The position numbers and the translations under genes were made by a program. The notes under the pieces were generated by a model. That model saw only the letters and a list, made by a program, of their open reading frames with translations. It did no database searches and was not told the origin of the DNA. 64,000 bases of DNA, taken from Octopus vulgaris. Its lineage: Eukaryota. The stretch lies in assembly GCA_951406725.2 (NCBI GenBank), contig OX597820.1:92938001-93002000 (forward strand), given 5' to 3'. Positions 39,993 through 52,089 of the stretch are shown piece by piece (the stretch's first letter is position 1; the number at the start of each line of letters is the position of its first letter).

Positions 39993-40373
39993 CAGTTTAG
40001 CTATAAAACATACGCACCTATTCCACAGCTAGTTTCCATAATGAAGCATTCCTTTTGTCATTCCTCAGCATGTAGGTGGAAATATTTAATTGATTCGAAA
40101 AATAGTAAGAAGAATTATTTAATCAGCATTTGATGGCGTGATAATAAATCGCATTAAGTGCGAGAACGTCTTAAATGAAGCCATTTTCCGTTGCTCTGAG
40201 TTCATTCATTTTCTCATTGAATAAGGATTTCCGCTGACGTGATAACCATTCAGATAACAATTATAAGACTTTTTCAGGGCTAGTTTACTTCAAAAGTTTG
40301 TCACTGAATACCTAAATATTTTCCATCATTATTATTATTATTATTACTATCATCATCATTATTATTATTATTG

Positions 40374-40441
40374 AGGCAGCGAGCAGGCAGAATCGTTAGC
40401 ACGCCGGGCGAGATTCTAAGCGCTATTTCGTCGTCGTCGTC

Positions 40442-40474
<33 letters not shown>

Positions 40475-41325
40475 ATATTAATATTATTATTAAAGTGGCG
40501 AACTGGCAGACACGTTAGCACACCGGGCGAAACGTCTAGCGACATTTTGCCGTCTTTACATCGACTTCCCCTTTCATTCTTCCGGGGTTGATAAAATACG
40601 TACTTGATGATTACGGGTGTCGATGTAATCGACTAGGTCCTTACCCCAAAATTACTGGCCTGGTGCCAAAATTTGAAACCATTTTTTTAAACAGCGAGCT
40701 AGCAGCATCATTAGCACACCGGGCAAATGCTTGGCAGCATTTCGTCCATCTTTACGATCTAAATGCAAATTCCACCGAGGTTGGCTTTGATTTCATTCCA
40801 CTGGGGTCGATGAGTGCCTACAGTAGAAATTATTATTACTATTATCATTAGTAGTAGTAGTAGTAGTAGTAAGGCAGCGTGCAGATAGAATGGTTAGCAC
40901 GTCTGACAAATTGCTTAGCATCACCCGCTGAGTTCAAATACCGCCGAGGTCGACTTTTCCTTTCATCCTTCGGGATAGATAAATTAAGTACCAGTGAAAC
41001 ACTGGGGTTGATATAATCAACTGGTCCTCACCCCACAAATTGGGTGCCTTGTGCCTCCAGTAGAAAGGATTATTATTATTATTACAATTGTTGTTGTTAT
41101 ATCTAAGACGTTAAGATGCCAGAATCATGAATATTCCGGACAAAATACTTAGCGGCACTTCTTCTGTCTTTACGTTCTAATCTCAAATTCTGCCTTGGTC
41201 GACTTTGCCTTTCATCCTTAGGTGCTCAATAATATAAGTACCAAGAGAGCGCGGGGCTCGATGTAATCGACTAGATCCTGCCCCCAAATTTCAGGCCATG
41301 AACCTTTAGTAGAAAGGATTATAAT
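40374..41325 (+). mobile_element. Cluster of ~5 SINE family 2 copies separated by (TTA)/(TAG)n tails
   Basis: Repeated ggcagcgagc..gttagcac heads. Confidence 0.88.
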
Positions 41326-43282
41326 TGTATCCCCTCCCATTAATCTCCATGACAACAGGAACAAAATTGTGTTCGTGGCATTTAAACAATTCCAGAGAAT
41401 ATATCCGCCTACATTATTTTCTTTTTCAATTACGACACAACATTCAAAAGAAACATTATGAAATGTTAGCACATCATTTTGACATCAAGCTTTCATATAA
41501 ATTTAACATATAATACATCTATAACTGAAATGTGTAATAATGATTTTACTATATGTCATCATATAAATACTTATACAGAGCACACTGATTACGTAGTAGT
41601 AGTCTACCCAGACGCTCCTCTCCAGAAATGCCACTCTAGAGAACAATTGAAAACAAACTTTCGTGTGCCGACTATCAACACAATCAGTCGGTATTTGCTT
41701 CGCCCACTTTCGAATATTTTTAACATTAACTCTATCGATTTTACCTAATTAGTTATGTCACCTAAACTAAAAGAACATTATACGATTATGTGATCGAATG
41801 ACCTGCAAGAAATACCAGCCAAATTCCTTTAAATTTATAATTTACCATCTCTTTAAAGACGGGTGAAATTTCTATATCAAAGATTGCTAGATCGAGGCTG
41901 AAATGCCTTTGATCATAAGTCTTCTGCACCATGCAATAATAATCTTTGATGTAACAAATACCAATGTCAGCTCCAGCAAACATTAACAACCTCAACGATG
42001 GAATTCGAACTGCATATTATCATTCACTAGGCAGCCACTTTGTCTGTTTCGCAACAGGTTATCTCTTATTTTAACTACACTATTTTCTGTCTGCAATATA
42101 ATTCTTCAGTCACTTAGCACTCGCAAAATAGGCTATTGTACTAATAAATATATTTCCAGTAGCATTTACAATGAATCATCTCTCAAAATCTGTAGTAACC
42201 AATCCATACTTATATTTTACAATTAACTATCTAGCTAGTATCTAATCAACTTCTGGATTGTTAGTTTTCAGTCTATTTGCAGTCATTTTACTGTATTTCA
42301 GTAATATTTTATATAGAACCCCCAACACGATCCAGTTTAAATATCACTCGATAAATACCAATGATAATGTGTTTTGATTAAGTATCACTTCCTATTCCAA
42401 AATCAAGTTTTAAATTTCCTGTTGGACTTTATGCTACTTAGAAATATTTCTAAATAAATACTACCATTATGAAAATGCATCGAGGCTGACCACTCAAGTA
42501 AACCGGGTCAACAGCTCTTTCGTTTATGTATACATATCAACCCAATTTATATTTTCGGTTTCGTTCCTACCTTATTGAACTGCTGCACATGTCTATACAG
42601 TTCATTCTGCCAATGACCATTTCTGGTTTGTGCGGCATCGAACAATGAAAGAAAAAAGTCTCAAATCATCAGACAAGAGAAATTGTACTCAACACATTAA
42701 ACCGATGATCTACATCAATTTCTTATAGTTGCGAGGACGTTTATAGCGTTAAATTGCATCCTGCACCCCGCGGTTTCCACATAGAAAGATGGACTCATTC
42801 AGCCATTGAGTTTCTCGTCTCCATTTTCACCCAGCCATGTTCTATCTGCTCGATACAGAAAGATCAAATATACTTGCATATAATCCTAGATCAAGACAAC
42901 GAAGCACGTTGCCTACAATCTTTAGGTCTTTAAGAAATAGCTGTCAAATCGTTCCCTCAAATTACTTACTCTGCACCATCTTAAAAGTTATTTAATATAT
43001 TCTTAGATGCATTGTTTAATGTACTTCGAATACTCGAGAAGATATGACATTCATTCCCGAAGCCTGAAACACAGTTGAATAGGCTATCATAGACTAAACA
43101 GTTGAAAGTCTATCATAGGCTAAACAACTCCAGAAAAATAAAATTCAAAGATAACATCAGTAAGATTTGAGCACCGGAATATAGAATATAAACACTAAAT
43201 ATATGAAACACAAATCGATATTTCTCATATTTGTACAATCAATGTACGGGATAAATAATGTCGATTACATTAATAACAGTAT

Positions 43283-43690
43283 TGGCTGTGTGGTAAGTAG
43301 CTTGCTTACGAACCACAGGTTCCGGGTTCAGTCCCACTGCGTGGCACCTTGGGCAAGTGTCTTCATCTATAGCCACAGTCCGACTAAAGCCTTGTGAGTG
43401 GATTCGGTTGACAGAAACTGAAAAAAAGCCCGTCGTATATATGTATATATATGTATGTGTGTGTATATGTTTGTGTGTCTGTGTTTGTCCCCCCCCTCCC
43501 AACAGTATCGTTTGACAACCGATGCTGGTGTGTTTACGTCCCCGTAACTTAGCGGTTAGGCAAAAGAGACCGATAGAATAAGTACTAGGCTTACAAAGAA
43601 TAAGTCCTGGGGTCGATTTGCTCGACTAAAGGCGATGCTCTAGCATGGCCACAGTCAAATGACTGAAACAAGTAAAAGAGTAAAGGAGTA
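43283..43690 (+). mobile_element. SINE family 1, near full length
   Basis: A box tggctgtgtgg, B box ggttcagtccc, tail aagtaaaagagtaaaggagta. Confidence 0.93.
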
Positions 43691-44567
43691 AATAATTCTT
43701 TAAAATATTAATGCTATAAACCATTTAATATTTAATAAAATAAGGTACTAAGTACTTAAGGCAGTTAATACTTCACTATTTCTACGAGTCTCATGTCAAT
43801 ATAAATTTTCTTTTTTTTCTGCTGCGTGATTTTATTTTTACTCTCACTCTGTAGGTTGAAATAATATTTTCCTATTCCTCTATTTCTAAAGTAGAGGAGA
43901 GTGAACGTGACATAATTTGTTTGTTCATTTTCAATTATCTGAGAGGCAAAGGTTTGAAACATAACAATAGACTTAAAATCATCCAGCTGTGTGTGGGTGA
44001 GGTCAATCAATGTTAGGCACATAAAATAGGATTTCATTTATTCAAAAGAGCTTTTTTTTTTCACCATTTACTGTTGCGTTAGCACAGTGATTTCTGCAAT
44101 AAAAAATATTGGCTCGTGTCCAGTTTACAACTGAAATTTCACTTCAACCAATCATATTCTAGATGAATTGAAATAGCTTAAAACTTGCTATTATTTCATT
44201 TTTATTGACTTCTGTGAATGATGGAATTACACCACAGATAGATGTCAGTGATGTTTTTGAATTGAGAGTTGAAATGGTTGATGAAGAACTCGTTGAGTGT
44301 TATCCGAATGAACGCGCTGTATCAATATAAATAGAATCAAATATCATAAATGCATTACTCTTAGAGAAGTATATATCACGTACAAAGCAGATTGAGTATC
44401 ACAGTAAATTCTTGACCGAACAAATTTGTGGAGAATTGAAGCCGTCTTGATGCTGATGGTAGCAATTATTTTAACAATAAAAAAATTACATCAACAGCAA
44501 TAACAGCAACCACAATAATGCTACTATTTGTGTTCTGCTCTACTACTACTATTACTACTACTACTAC

Positions 44568-44609
<42 letters not shown>

Positions 44610-46999
44610 AATGATGATGATAATGGTAGCAATATAATTCCAGAATGTGTAGATATCTTTGTAGTTCACTTTACGTGATTCCCTAATTTGTCTGTAGCCA
44701 TTTCTATTTAATACACTTCATCGTTCATAGTCCCATTACACATTACATCCATTAGATGGCAGGCAAAAAACCAATATTTAATCCGAAGAGTTATTCCTTT
44801 GTAACTAAAGAAGATACTTTGCTCTTTCGATTGAGCGGTTTATCAGATCGTTTAAGACTATAGACGCTAGAGAGAAAAAATTTGTTTGGATAAAAGCAAA
44901 AATATAAAATTAAATCTTTTAAAAAAATAAATGCAACAGTTTAATCACTGCAATAGCTCGCGTGACAAACACGCAAAAGAAATACAGTTAAAAAGACTAC
45001 GGTTGAGTGAGAAAAAGCAAAGATACGTGACCAACAAGGAGGGAAGTGAAATGAGGAAAATATGCAACGTCAGTCGATTGGCCAGTAGGCATGTGTGTTT
45101 GTGCGGTAGAGTTTACGTGTTTGGTTAAGTGATATGGAAAAAATAAATAAAATATAAAAATAAAAGTAATGAATGGAACAGAGTGGGATACATTTTAAAG
45201 GAATGAAGCATAATATATTGATTATAAAAGTAATGATATTGTTGACTGAAAGAAGAATTCTTAAAACTCTGATAAAGATGAGACGTGGAATGAAAGTTAA
45301 CATTAATAAACGAAGCAAGTTAAATAGAGAGAGAAAGAGAGAGAGGAGGAGGAGGAAGAGAGGAAATATATAACAGAATTGAAATATTATTTCTAAGAAT
45401 GCTAACTTAAGATGACAAGCATGTCGTTATAAGAGGTCATAGAAATTACTGTGCTATGAGTTTATACTTTATTTAATTATAAGACTGTTTTCTATCACAG
45501 GATTTGATGCTAATGGGAAGACGGATGTGTATATTAATTCGGTCTGTCTCCATTTACACTTGCAATGTAGTAAACTAACTGAAAGACACTACATTCTGTG
45601 AAAATCCTGTACAAGCGAAATTAATTAAGGAACTTATATTGCAATAAGGGCCTGAAACGACAACATTAAAATTAGACAGCACACAAAGCAGCATTAATTA
45701 GTGCTTATATAAATATGTTGGGAGCCATTTCATGTATTGGTTTATTAGAAAAAAACATTTTCATGCATATAATGTGTATTATGTTAGAAGATACACACTT
45801 TCAAATGAAGCGCTTATGGTAAAAGGTGCCCCGGTGGTAACAGCTATGTTTTGTATCATGCCACACATTCGTAAAAGGATGCATAGTTTGATTACTTCGA
45901 CACCAAAACACCGCTGTTACTTATTTGATTAAGTCCAAACAAAACAAGGTTAAATATAGTGCTGTTTGAAGATAGCACTTAGAGGATGGTAATTAAATAA
46001 TTCACTGGCACAAAGTTGATTAAGGTTAATTTTAAAATGTGGTGGTGATGGCGGTCTGGCAGAAATAGGAAATTATAGGAATCTCTTATCGTTTTAGTTA
46101 CGTGTTTTTAGGTTCTCAGTTCAAATTCCGCGAAAATAAACTTTACTTTTCCTCCACTTGGATTAACAAAATTATATTCTGCTGTCCTACCGAAGTGACA
46201 CTCAATTTAGTGTAGATCCTCTCCTACAGATTGAAGCGAACAAGAAAGGAATTGAGACGAGGATAATATGCAAGATCAATTGATTGCATAGGTATGTATT
46301 TCTACTTCTCTTCGTGATGTAGTTAATGGGTTTGGTTATGTTGCTAGTGGCACAATCAATGAAGCGTTGAACAAATTCCTTTTATGTCTAACGTAATTGG
46401 TAGCATAATCAGTGGGTTACCGAAATAATGCGTTCTGGTTTTTAGTGTGTTTGATGGCACGATCAGTGGAACGTCGAACAAATTCCTTGCAGTTTTTAGC
46501 ATTGCTGCGGTTCAAATCCTGCTGGAAATGATTTGGCTTTGCATGAGTTGATAAAAATTAATACCAGTAAAATTTAGATTAAAATTGAGTTACACAGCTA
46601 CATCCAAACCTAACACCCAAAATGTATTGTAATGTGCCACTCTAAGACATTACTTTGTTAAACCTTGAAGATGAAACAAATATAACCCTATAGAATCGGA
46701 TCCAAGGCTGGCAGAAACGATAAGAGCCAAGCTAAATGCATTACAGTATGTTGTTGCATTCAACTAAACCATTCACATTAACATTATCTTTTCTATCTTT
46801 CTACAGTCGACAAAATAAAACATCAGGAATATAGTAGGAACTGTATCTGTTCTCCCACATTATACGTTAATAGTTCCTAGTCAAAAGGAATTGCCTTTGT
46901 TGTATTCGGTATATTTCCTTAAGAAAAAAATCATTCGGTACATTCGCTTGATTTAACTGTACGATCTAGTAACACTTCCTTTAACCATACTACCACAGT

Positions 47000-47460
47000 T
47001 TACTTGCTTCGCATCATCCCACAACATTACACAATATCCTATATTCACCTTATCTCAGCGTCTAGACATAATACATTACAGCAGCCCTTTAGCACAATAA
47101 ATCCTCACACAGCAACAAATCCTCGCACATGTTACCATAACACATTACAACAGAATAGTAATAGAGAACACTATCATAAAATATTACCTTACGCTATTAC
47201 TACAGCTTCTTAGTGCAATATATTTTACAACACACTATTACAGAAAAACTACTGCAGTACATTACTACCGAACCTTAGCATCATATTACAGTAAGCGACT
47301 TCCACAACGCACCACCTCAGCATATTACTAGATTACGTAGGTACAGCTCATTACCACAATATAGCTACAACATCTTGTAACAGGGTCTTAGTAGAACATA
47401 TCACCACAAAACATTACCTCCGCGTTTTATGCATATTGCTACATCACATTGCATTACATA
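47000..47460. repeat. Degenerate A/C-rich minisatellite (acattaccaca-like)
   Basis: Recurrent cattac / tattac motif. Confidence 0.65.
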
Positions 47461-47504
47461 AGGGGCAATGCGCAGGTCATGATGACGAGGATTGCAATTG
47501 ATCC

Positions 47505-47785
47505 GATCAACAGAGCAGTTTCCTCATTAAATTAACCTGTAAATGGTTGCGCACTCCACAGACACACGTACCTTTATCGTAGTTCTGAAGGAGATTCAGC
47601 GTGACATAGGATATGAGAAGGCTGTCCTTTGAAATACAGGTACAACTTATTTTTGCCAGCTGATTGGACTGGAGCATCGTAAAATAAAGTGCCTTACTCG
47701 AGGACACAATGCACTGCCGAGAATCGAACTCACAAACTTACCGTCGTGAGCGGAATACCCTAACCACTAAGGCAACTGCCTTCAC
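47505..47785 (-). mobile_element. tRNA-derived CORE-like SINE (family 4)
   Basis: Minus strand: ttagtggttaggg..gagttcgattct..tgtgtcctcgagtaaggcacttt. Confidence 0.75.
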
Positions 47786-47819
47786 TCTGCATATCATAAT
47801 TCTAATTGATCTTTACAAA

Positions 47820-48035
47820 TGGTTTCTATTTTCGGTGCAAATCCAGTAATTTAGTGGGAGAAGGTAAGTCAATTACATCGACCTCACTAATCAACTGGCA
47901 CTTATCTTATCCTCCCTGAAAGGGATGAAATCTAAAATCGACCTCGGTAAAATTTTAACTAAGAGTGTGAAGACGGACGAAAAAATGCCGCTAAGCAACT
48001 TGCTTGTGCTCACGTTTCTTTCAGCACGCTGCCTT
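47820..48035 (-). mobile_element. SINE family 2
   Basis: Core and head motifs present on minus. Confidence 0.75.
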
Positions 48036-48624
48036 ATTTTATCACTGCACACGAGTATCAAACGTAGAAACTTTCAACTTTCAGATATGGTCCCTCGTAT
48101 CAACTCGTAGCACCGCTTTGTCCGGGTTCCATGGCTGAAGAGGAAATAAATACTCCGACAGGCATGCATTCCACAGACTAGTCAGGTGGTGCTGCGAGCT
48201 AATTCAGTGTATTTACACTACTTTGTCGATGGCAAAAAATTTCTGACACGACAAAATACTTTGAATGACTTTCTAACGGGTTCGTATATGACTCAAACAT
48301 ATTTGAACCGATAACTACTCTGTATTTCAACTTTATATTCCAGTATTCTGCTCTCTGTTTCCCTTTTTCTATCTGTCTATCAGTCTACATACCTATCTCT
48401 TTATTTCTAGCTTCTTGTCTATTCCCTCATTTCTTTCACAATCTCACACACACTCTCTCTCTCTCTCTCCCTTTCTTTCCCTCTCTTTCTTTCTCCTCTC
48501 CCCTCTCTCTCTCTCTGTCCATTGTTCCCTGTTGTTGCCAAAACCTTGACCACAGAACTGAAACGCTGTGAAATTTTTTCCTTGCTTCTTTCTCAATTTG
48601 GTTTTGAGATACTAACAAGCACAT

Positions 48625-49030
48625 AGGCGCAGGAGTGGCTGTGTGGTAAGTAGCTTGCTTACCAACCACATGGTTCCGGGTTCAGTCCCACTGCGTGGCA
48701 TCTTGGGCAAATGTCTTCTGCTATAGCCTCGGGCCGACCAATGCCTTGTGAGTGGATTTGGTAGAGGGAAACTGAAAGAAGCATGTCGGATATATGTATA
48801 TATATATGTATGTGTGTGTATGTTTGTGTGTCTGTGTTTGTTCCCCTAGCATTGCTTGATAACCGATGCTGATGTGTTTAAGTCACTTAGCGGTTCGGCA
48901 AAAAGAAACCGATAGAATAAGTACTGGGCTTACAAAGTATAAGTCCCGGGGTCGATTTGCTCGATTAAAGGCGGTGCTCCAGCATGGCCGCAGTCAAATG
49001 ACTGAAACAAGTAAAAGATAAAAGAAAGAT
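48625..49030 (+). mobile_element. SINE family 1, full length
   Basis: ggcgcaggagtggctgtgtggtaag head through to the A-rich tail. Confidence 0.93.
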
Positions 49031-49788
49031 AAAGAAAGCAGAAAAACAACCTGAAAATAAAGTGGTTTGATGCCATAAACCTTGTAATAACTGCTAAAAA
49101 AATGAATATTACCCTTGCGTCGCGAATTGAGAATACTGTAAAAATATATTAATCAGTTAAATGATAGACCTAATTCAAACATGAAAGATTGATAGATAAT
49201 ATCAAATTTGACCAAAACTGACAATTTTGGTATAAGGGGAAATATATTTTCAATTATATTTAAGATAAGTTAACCACACTTCAGAACTTCTGATATGAAA
49301 CAAAATCCTAGTCAGGTTTCTTGGGGAAAATGAATTCATTGAAAAATTATGGTAATTTTGACATATTAACTGACAGTGTCATAACAGGTGATAAAGATTC
49401 GGAAAAAATAGATGTGTTATTCAGAAATGATAGTCTTTTCTTTACTTCTCATATCTCTAGAAAGGAATTTTAAAAAGATATTTTTTAATCCGTTGATCAT
49501 CAAATAAGATGATATTTTCAGTAAATGTCAGCTATAAAAATCTCCAAATCGATCGACAATCTGCTAAATTACACAAGTCACTGAACCACAATAACCTTAC
49601 CCAAATGTCCCTCGCCTACAGTCTAGGAGGGTGTACAAAGGCTAAGGAAACCACTTTGTAAACCATAAAGATATTAATGAAATCCACAAGTAATGACTAA
49701 TCGAGAACAAAAAAAAGAGTTGTGAAATTCAGGGAACCAAAAGGACAGTACTAAATGCATTACAATACTACGTTAGCTAGAGGAGGAA

Positions 49789-49830
<42 letters not shown>

Positions 49831-50299
49831 CAAGTGCTTCCCCAGATGATTCCTGATTGACCATTTTCGATCAAAAATGATCGATCAAAATTGTTTCAGA
49901 TGTAACCATTCCGTCATGCTTTACTTTTCATCTGCCAATGTTCTACAAAATAACTACCAATACTGATAATGGAACCGATACAATCATCATATACACCCTT
50001 TCTTTTCTATATACCTTCGTCTAGAACCATAGTTAGAAATAATAAGCAACCTTGCCTCGGGACAATTTCATAAAACATTATTGTTCTGTTATTTTTTTTT
50101 AACTTGTAAGGTAATAAATCTATATTTCATTCTAAAATTGCAGCAATGAAACGTGGTCGATTGAATAGAAACCAATATACAGTACTGCTATTTATTTTAT
50201 TGATTCTAGAATGATTTAATACCAAGTTGACAGCAATAAGGGAGGAACATAGAATATATTTAAAATGTTCTTCTGCATTCTGTGCCATTCGAATACCTT

Positions 50300-51130
50300 G
50301 CTTATGTTATAGCTAAATCTTACCGAGGTCAGCTTTGTAGCCTATTCTTCACGGCTCGATATAATACTATACCAGTCAAATACTGAGGTCGCTTTTTCGA
50401 CTAACCCCTTTCTTTCTAAATTTCCGACTTTGTATCTTTGTGAGAAGCAAATACTTCAAAGGGTGGACCATTGGGAGAATCGTCAGAGAGTCGGAAAAAA
50501 TACCTTGCGTATTTGTTACAGTTCTTTACATTCTGGGTTCAATTATCACAATGGTTATCTTTGCCTTCCATCACTCTGGGGTCGATAAAGTAACGTACCA
50601 GTCGAGTACTGCGAATGAGTGTATCGACTAACGTCCGCTCCCTACAACTGCTGGCAATGAGCCTTAGTCAAAAAGAATTACATCCCACGGAAGCAGATCA
50701 GTACAGTCGTCAGTGACGGACAAAATTCTTTGCAGTATTTCTTCTGATACTCTGTACACTTTGAGTTGAAATCTCATCGAGCACATCTTTGATTTTCATT
50801 ACTCCAGGATCGATTAAGTATAGTTCGAGCCGAGCATTTGGGTTCGTGGTATCGATTGATATTTCCCCCCAATACACTTTTTCTTGCACCTAAATAAATA
50901 AAAAATACTTTTATTAGGTGAGGATGGTGGATTGGTAGAATCATTATGATGACTGAATAACGTCTTGCAGCATTTGTTCCAACGCCTTACGTTTTTATTT
51001 CAAATTCCGCTGAGGTCAACTTGCCCTTCATCCTTTTGGAATAGTTAACTTAAAGTGCGAATCACGTACACCGAAGGTTGTCCTCGACTAGTTCCTCCAT
51101 TCAAAATTGGTCTCGTACCTAAATTATAAA
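50300..51130 (+). mobile_element. Cluster of old SINE family 2 copies (also 51643-51860)
   Basis: Decayed core motifs recurring about 4 times. Confidence 0.7.
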
Positions 51131-51151
51131 ACATTATTGCTTGCGGTAGTG

Positions 51152-51185
<34 letters not shown>

Positions 51186-52089
51186 CAGAAGCATGGGGAG
51201 GAGGGAATAGTAGTAGTAGTAGCAATAGCATTTTCATTTTCGTATCAGCAAGACACCTCTTCGAATCATTCATAAGTTTTCTTTCTTTTAACTTTGTCTT
51301 TAAAAGTCTACTGTTAAAAATGTTGTTCTGTTTTATGGCGAAACTGTCCAGAATACTGAGGAACTAGTCATGACCATTTTTGTGGAAGATATGTTCTCTT
51401 GAAATCTTCGTCATGTTGCGGGTTTTATCCAGTGTCCCGTGCAAGTTTCAACTGAATCAGAATCGATAATCCCATCGCAAGTCAACTGTCCTTTCGTAAT
51501 CCATACTTTATCGTCTTCTACCATCATCAATGTTTTGTCAACGCCTAGCAATTAATTAAGAAACCATCATCATCATCATCCTCATCGTCGTCGTCGTCGT
51601 CATCATTACTGTCGTTGTTATAGTTTTTGTTATCATTATTAAGGTAGCAAGCTGAAAGAATCGTTAGCACACCGCAAAAAATGCTTAGCGCCATTTTGTC
51701 CGTTTTTACCTTCTGAGTTCGAATTCTACCAAGGACAACATTGTCCTTCGTCCTTTCAGGGTAAATACAATAAAGTAGTAGTGGAGCATCGGTGTTGATG
51801 CAATCGACTAGATTCCTCTCTATCAAATTTCAGGACTTATGCCTATAGTAGAAAGAATTATTGTTATTGTTGCTGTTTATCGCCGAAGCCAAATGGGATT
51901 TCGGTACCTCATTAGTTTTCACTTTGCTTTCCTTTTTCAGAAGCTTATTTTGGTTCCACTGTGTTTCTTAGTTGACCTGAATCATAAGGGTTTGATTAAA
52001 TGTCTTGTTAGTTGCCCTGAATAGTAAAAGGTTTTATATAAAGTAAAGGCTTCGAAGCAGACAAAGTATTTTCGAAGTGAAGTCGTCTT

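Larger units (their letters stand above)
38330..44325 (-). pseudogene. Endogenous reovirus lambda2-like unit D, near full-length
   Basis: TARSFG*HSTSS ~44285-44320 (N-terminus-like); NEILFYVP; YFRNRGIGKYY; TQWLNE ~42794-42812; SLFDAA; RVGGS; KTNNPEV ~42248-42268 (VTNNVEL); FAGADIGIC; IPTDCVDSRHT..SRVAFLERSVWVD ~41602-41694 (PVTCVDIRPT..VRTTFLELDYLSD); DKRNASLWKLAV ~40024-40060; FHLAGM and FKYQLLIIGS*TQIL..LEYII ~38500-38685. Confidence 0.75.
44390..50080 (-). pseudogene. Endogenous reovirus lambda2-like unit F
   Basis: MVLDEG ~50013-50030 (AMDEG); HLVLSFWFPEFHNSFF ~49710-49758 (HRVVLSSELPQLPDTYF); FIADIY; FFNEFIFPK; SSEVWL; VYGIKPLYFQ (VTGIETISIE); IEKEARKK; SLWNACLSEYL; VSTFDTR ~48051-48072; LINFACTGF; YTSVFP; IVLNDLINRSI; LPSN. 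Confidence 0.72.

Noticed and set aside
40150-40184. ATG GCT as the start of unit A
   Set aside because: Surrounding frames (SEWLSR, KWLHLRR, FIIT, LWKLAV) fit the MTase/flap part of unit D better.
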